A stretch of 32,000 bases of DNA, from positions 180,001 to 212,000 of the forward strand of contig NC_013849.1 in the NCBI RefSeq assembly GCF_000025505.1. The letters are read 5' to 3'. This DNA is from Ferroglobus placidus DSM 10642 (lineage in GTDB: Archaea > Halobacteriota > Archaeoglobi > Archaeoglobales > Archaeoglobaceae). The first letter of the stretch is position 1; each line of letters opens with the position of its first letter. Shown piece by piece: positions 30,403 through 32,000 of the stretch. Under the pieces are notes generated by a model. The model did not search any database. It was not told where the DNA came from and worked only from the letters and a program-made list of their open reading frames with translations. A program made the translations under genes and the position numbers.

Positions 30403-30729
30403 ATGAGAGAACTCGCTGCCTTTGAGGCTGGGATAAAGCTCGGAGCCCTCTTCCATCAATTCGTCGGAATTCCGGTAAGTTTCGAGAACGTGGAGCTCGT
30501 TGAAAAAACGATGGAAAGCTGCATGAAGCTTCAGCCATACGTGGTTGACGCTGAGGTGAAGATAGACAAGAGGAAGCTTAAAGAAAGGCTCTCATCCTTC
30601 AACTACACGTCCCTCGAAGGAGACATGATTTTCGCGAGGGTGAAGGTGAGGGTTGAAAATGATGAAGTTGAAGCCGTGCTCGAGTACGATAAAAAGCTGA
30701 AATACCCTCTCATGAGATTGCTCTTATAA
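30403..30729 (+). CDS. mptD: Archaeal dihydroneopterin aldolase-like protein (MptD family)
   Basis: FEAGIKLGALFHQFVGIPVS ... MKLQPYVV. Confidence 0.75.
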   Translation: MRELAAFEAGIKLGALFHQFVGIPVSFENVELVEKTMESCMKLQPYVVDAEVKIDKRKLKERLSSFNYTSLEGDMIFARVKVRVENDEVEAVLEYDKKLKYPLMRLLL

Positions 30730-31585
30730 ATTCGTCGACCATCCTCTTCGGCGGAAAACTCCTTGCTCCGTAGTGCTGAATGTTGTAGGAAGCTACGAAG
30801 TTTCCGAGCTTCAAACACTTCTTAACATCGAGCCCGAGAATTCTCCCGTAAAGAAAGCCAGCGGCAAAAGCGTCTCCAGCTCCAGTAGTGTCGACTGGAG
30901 TGACTTCAAGAGCTTTTTCGAAGAACCAGACGCCGTTTGAGTAAGCCTCAGCTCCTTTTTTACCCAATGTAACAACGACAGTCGAGCAGTAATCGAAAAC
31001 TCTCTCTCCGAGCAGCTTAAGTTCGGACTCGGAAAGAATCAAGACGTCGACGTACTTCAAAAGTTCTTTCAACTTCCTCAACCCCATGGAAGCGTAAGGA
31101 TAGCCGGGATTGAGAATAACTTCTATCTTAAACTTCTTAGCCTTTTTCGCCACGTCTAAGTGAAAATCGAGGCTCTTCTCGCTCGGATAGGGATCGAGAT
31201 AAACGTAATCGAGATCGAAGAATTCTTCATCGTCTATCTCAACATCGAGATGAGAGGAAGCGTTGGGATGAACAAAGAAAGTTCTTTCTCCACTTCTATC
31301 TACGAAAACCTCCACTATTCCCGTTTTCCCCTCAACCTCCCAGAGCTTTAAAATCACCCCTACTCTCTCCATGCTTTCCCTGAAAATCTTAGCCTCCTCG
31401 TCTTTGCCGATGGGAGAGTAAAATTTTGTCTTCACGCCGAAGCTTGCAAGTCCGAAAATGACGTTTGCAGCAGCTCCACCGGGCAACTTGAAGCTTTCCT
31501 TCACGATCGCATGTCCTCCCCTTTCGGGATATTCGTCGATTACATTTATTACGTCCACTAAAGCCGGTCCGAAGCCTGCGATCAT
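30710..31585 (-). CDS. PfkB/ribokinase-family sugar or nucleoside kinase
   Basis: GGAAANVIFGLASFGVKTKFYSPIGKD ... VDTTGAGDAFAAGFLYG. Confidence 0.9.
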   Translation of the reverse strand: MIAGFGPALVDVINVIDEYPERGGHAIVKESFKLPGGAAANVIFGLASFGVKTKFYSPIGKDEEAKIFRESMERVGVILKLWEVEGKTGIVEVFVDRSGERTFFVHPNASSHLDVEIDDEEFFDLDYVYLDPYPSEKSLDFHLDVAKKAKKFKIEVILNPGYPYASMGLRKLKELLKYVDVLILSESELKLLGERVFDYCSTVVVTLGKKGAEAYSNGVWFFEKALEVTPVDTTGAGDAFAAGFLYGRILGLDVKKCLKLGNFVASYNIQHYGARSFPPKRMVDEFIRAIS

Positions 31586-31630
31586 CGTTAAAACAAAAGC
31601 TTTAAATTGTTAATAAATTATACTGAAGGT

Positions 31631-32000
31631 GTGAAAGTTGCCATAGTCGGTGGTGGAGCTGCTGGCATGAGTGCCGCTTCAAGAATTAAGAGGCTCAACC
31701 CCAAAATGGACGTTCACGTTTTTGAGAAAAGCAATTTCGTGAGCCACGCTCCCTGCGGAATTCCTTTTTTCGTTTCCGGAATTGTCCGAGATGTTGAAGA
31801 GCTTTGTGCATATACTGCAGATTTTTTCAGAGAGGAGAGGAAAATTAACGTTCACTTAAACGCTGAAGTTGTGGACATCGAGTACGGAAAGCTCGAGTAC
31901 GTTGAAAGAGGAAAGAGTAGAACTTACGAATGGGATTACCTTCTCTTTTCCACCGGAGCGTCTCCGATAAAAATTTCGAGTTCGAAAAAAGTTTACTACG
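31631..32000 (+). CDS. FAD-dependent pyridine nucleotide-disulfide oxidoreductase (NADH oxidase/CoA-disulfide reductase-like), 3' end outside window
   Basis: VKVAIVGGGAAGMSAASRIKRLNPKMDVHVFEKSNFVSHAPCGIPFFVSG ... DYLLFSTGASP. Confidence 0.85.
   Translation, partial: MKVAIVGGGAAGMSAASRIKRLNPKMDVHVFEKSNFVSHAPCGIPFFVSGIVRDVEELCAYTADFFREERKINVHLNAEVVDIEYGKLEYVERGKSRTYEWDYLLFSTGASPIKISSSKKVYY

Overview
This 32-kb window is archaeal and looks Archaeoglobales-like (inference from gene content and from an HSR1-cdc48-hsp20 heat-shock operon). A conserved-looking left part (1-12.3 kb) has a primase small subunit C-terminus, two secreted proteins (one with caspase/legumain-like motifs in permuted order), DUF1284, DUF63 and SpoIIM-like membrane proteins, the Hsp20/CDC48/HSR1 operon with its CTAAC-N5-GTTAG operator, and a P1B metal ATPase. 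An accessory-looking middle (about 12.3-28.2 kb) has a GATE-type membrane protein plus ArsR with a perfect 24-bp palindrome, two inverted IS1-family copies, and a methyltransferase / chelate ABC transporter / Tat-lipoprotein DUF362 cluster. It also has a decayed antitoxin-PIN toxin module split by another IS, a SpoIIM paralogue cut off at an IS1 boundary, and a secreted-protease locus. That locus has a near-identical 41-bp palindromic element in front of both secreted-gene promoters and of a membrane-bound wHTH regulator. The middle part ends near a tRNA-Cys flanked by a possible integrase remnant. The right part (28.2-32 kb) holds pycB/oadA-like, thiE, mptD-like, a PfkB kinase and a truncated FAD-dependent oxidoreductase. 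The strongest leads are the permuted caspase-like protein (542-2830) and the secreted-protease regulon (22.7-27.45 kb). No database search or structure prediction could be run, so family names are motif-level calls.
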